Shown: piece after piece, positions 62,394-64,000 of the stretch
Position numbering within the stretch: position 1 is the first letter of the stretch
How the letters are laid out: each line of letters opens with the position of its first letter
Origin: Oopsacas minuta
Lineage: Eukaryota; Animalia; Porifera
Reading direction: 5' to 3'
NCBI GenBank assembly: GCA_024704765.1
Contig: JAKMXF010000111.1
Span: 359,113-423,112, forward strand
DNA: 64,000 nt
Translations under genes and position numbers: made by a program
Notes under the pieces: model-generated
What the model was told of the DNA's origin: nothing
Databases searched by the model: none
Seen by the model: only the letters and a program-made list of their open reading frames with translations

Positions 62394-62787
62394 ACATAAG
62401 TCAGTAACCACCTTCACTATACCCATTTAAGACACAGTACGTATAATGCAATTATACATACAGGCTGGCAGAAGCAAATTAAATGTTCATAGCTGCCCCA
62501 TACAAACTTCCACAATAGTTAGCATAATACCCTTTGAGCAGCCCTGCTAGGTCCAAGCCTGATAGCCACTGCCACTGTATGAAACAATGAAAATATATTT
62601 TCTGAGAGAAAGGGGGCTTGGTAACTTTAATAGATTAGTAATTATTAACACAAGCACATATATACGTAGATATTTACGGATAAATAATAATAATAATAAT
62701 AATAAAAATAATATATCTCAAATATAAACAAATCTACAAACCTAACACAATAATAACAATATACAATATTTAAGGAGGGTCTCTCTG

Positions 62788-63278
62788 TTAATAACAACTA
62801 ACACATCCAATAAACATACAACTGTATACAAACAAACCGAACTGAATTGCACAAATACAAGGCAGAATGAATGAAGAATATGGATTATATAGATAATACT
62901 CATACTTAAGGAAACCATAATCAATTTCAATAAAACTGGCAGCAATATTGCCAATATAATAAATAAGAAGTATAAATAGTAATATATTTGAGGTGATTAA
63001 CAAGCAGAGACCAATTTCCCTATGTTTCCTCCCTTTCATGAATCCAAAGCAGGACCCTATCATGGTAAGTAATGTAATTATGATACAAAATACAGTACTT
63101 ATTGTATGTGCTATCATTCCGAACAAATCGAAAGGAGTTGAATTATAAAAATATAAGAAAAAATAAAAAAAGATGCTGTCACATTAGCTCCCAGAATAAT
63201 CAGTAAAAACATAGAATTTAGTATTAGTGAAGTAATTCCAAACACTAATAAATGACTGATAATTGTTGTTTCTGCCAT
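62788..63278 (-). CDS. Small multi-TM protein, paralogue of 56795-60456; frameshift in a poly-T tract (pseudogene or sequencing indel)
   Basis: ATG 63278 gives MAETTIISHLLVFGITSLILNS... and is out of frame with 63126-62788 (TMIGS..REIGLCLLITSN vs TLIGS..RKIGLKMLIVEN in the paralogue). The break falls in the T7/T6/T5 runs at 63141-63171. Confidence 0.6.
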
Positions 63279-63893
63279 TTTCCCTTTGAAATAGAAATAT
63301 TCTTAAAATCTATGTAATATAGTAATTGGTGCTGTATATATTTATAGTAATCTGATCTTACATACTAAACTAAGGAGATGATTAATATTGATCACACGGA
63401 TACTCCATGAATTGTTATGAATCATCTCCTAGAGTAAATTAAATTATAGCAGAACTAAGGTGGTAATAAACTAGTTTCATGAACATAGCCTGCCTTGCAT
63501 TTTACATACTGTGTGCTCGATGGGTATAGTGAAGGTGTTTACCTGCATAAGTCGGTAAACACCTTCACTATACTCATCAAGCACACAATACGTATAATGC
63601 AATTATAGATGCAGGCTGGCGGAAGCAAATTAAGTGTTCATAGCTGCCCCATACAAATTGGTGTTATAACTTGTTTGTTATACGGGTACAATCACAACAT
63701 GAGAGGAGAGGTTCCATATATCCCAATTGGAATATGGTATATGATGATATGATTAATAGTATATCACATAGTAGAGTATGTACAGTGGACCCTCGATAAT
63801 CCAAACAGTAGAAAATAAAGAAATTTTGGTTTAAAAATAATAATTTTCAATCGGAATTTGAAATTTTAACATGTACAAAGTACATAATAATAA

Positions 63894-63905
63894 TAGTAGT
63901 AGTAG

Positions 63906-64000
<95 letters not shown>
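63894..64000. repeat. (TAG)n microsatellite running off the window end
   Basis: Directly visible, with two GAG interruptions. Confidence 0.95.

Noticed and set aside
63894-64000. Telomere
   Set aside because: The repeat is (TAG)n, not TTAGGG; treated as a microsatellite.

Overview
AT-rich animal genomic DNA with short GT-AG introns; no rRNA, tRNA or CRISPR seen. The gene content resembles an early-branching metazoan such as a sponge (inference only). The core is a cluster of modular type I membrane receptors built from phase-1 exons. Gene B (minus, 44998 to about 32073, at least 2421 codons) has a signal peptide, 3 x [C-type lectin type 2, C-type lectin type 1, three Ig-like domains], further Ig-like domains, a TM helix, a Tyr-rich juxtamembrane region and one degenerate tyrosine-phosphatase (PTP) domain. 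Gene A (minus, 22653-11231, 18 exons, 2047 aa by my splicing) has the same ectodomain, an expanded Thr-rich stalk and a short YxN-bearing tail with no PTP. Relics of related genes lie at 27.9-29.4 kb, 46.1-46.4 kb (orphan PTP 3' end) and 46.6-56.3 kb (Ig pseudogene interrupted by transposons). Gene A is bracketed by an inverted duplication of about 3 kb, each arm carrying an intronless coiled-coil + NHL-repeat gene. The right end holds three small multi-TM paralogues. The window is dense in DNA transposons whose ends can be read directly: two hAT elements (8-bp TSDs), an apparently intact intron-containing Ginger1-type element with a Ulp1-like protease (CCGG TSD), Tc1/mariner DD37E and DD35E elements, a pogo derivative, two foldback elements of about 1 kb, several MITEs and Helitron-like fragments. 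All coordinates, splice models and mismatch counts were derived by hand.
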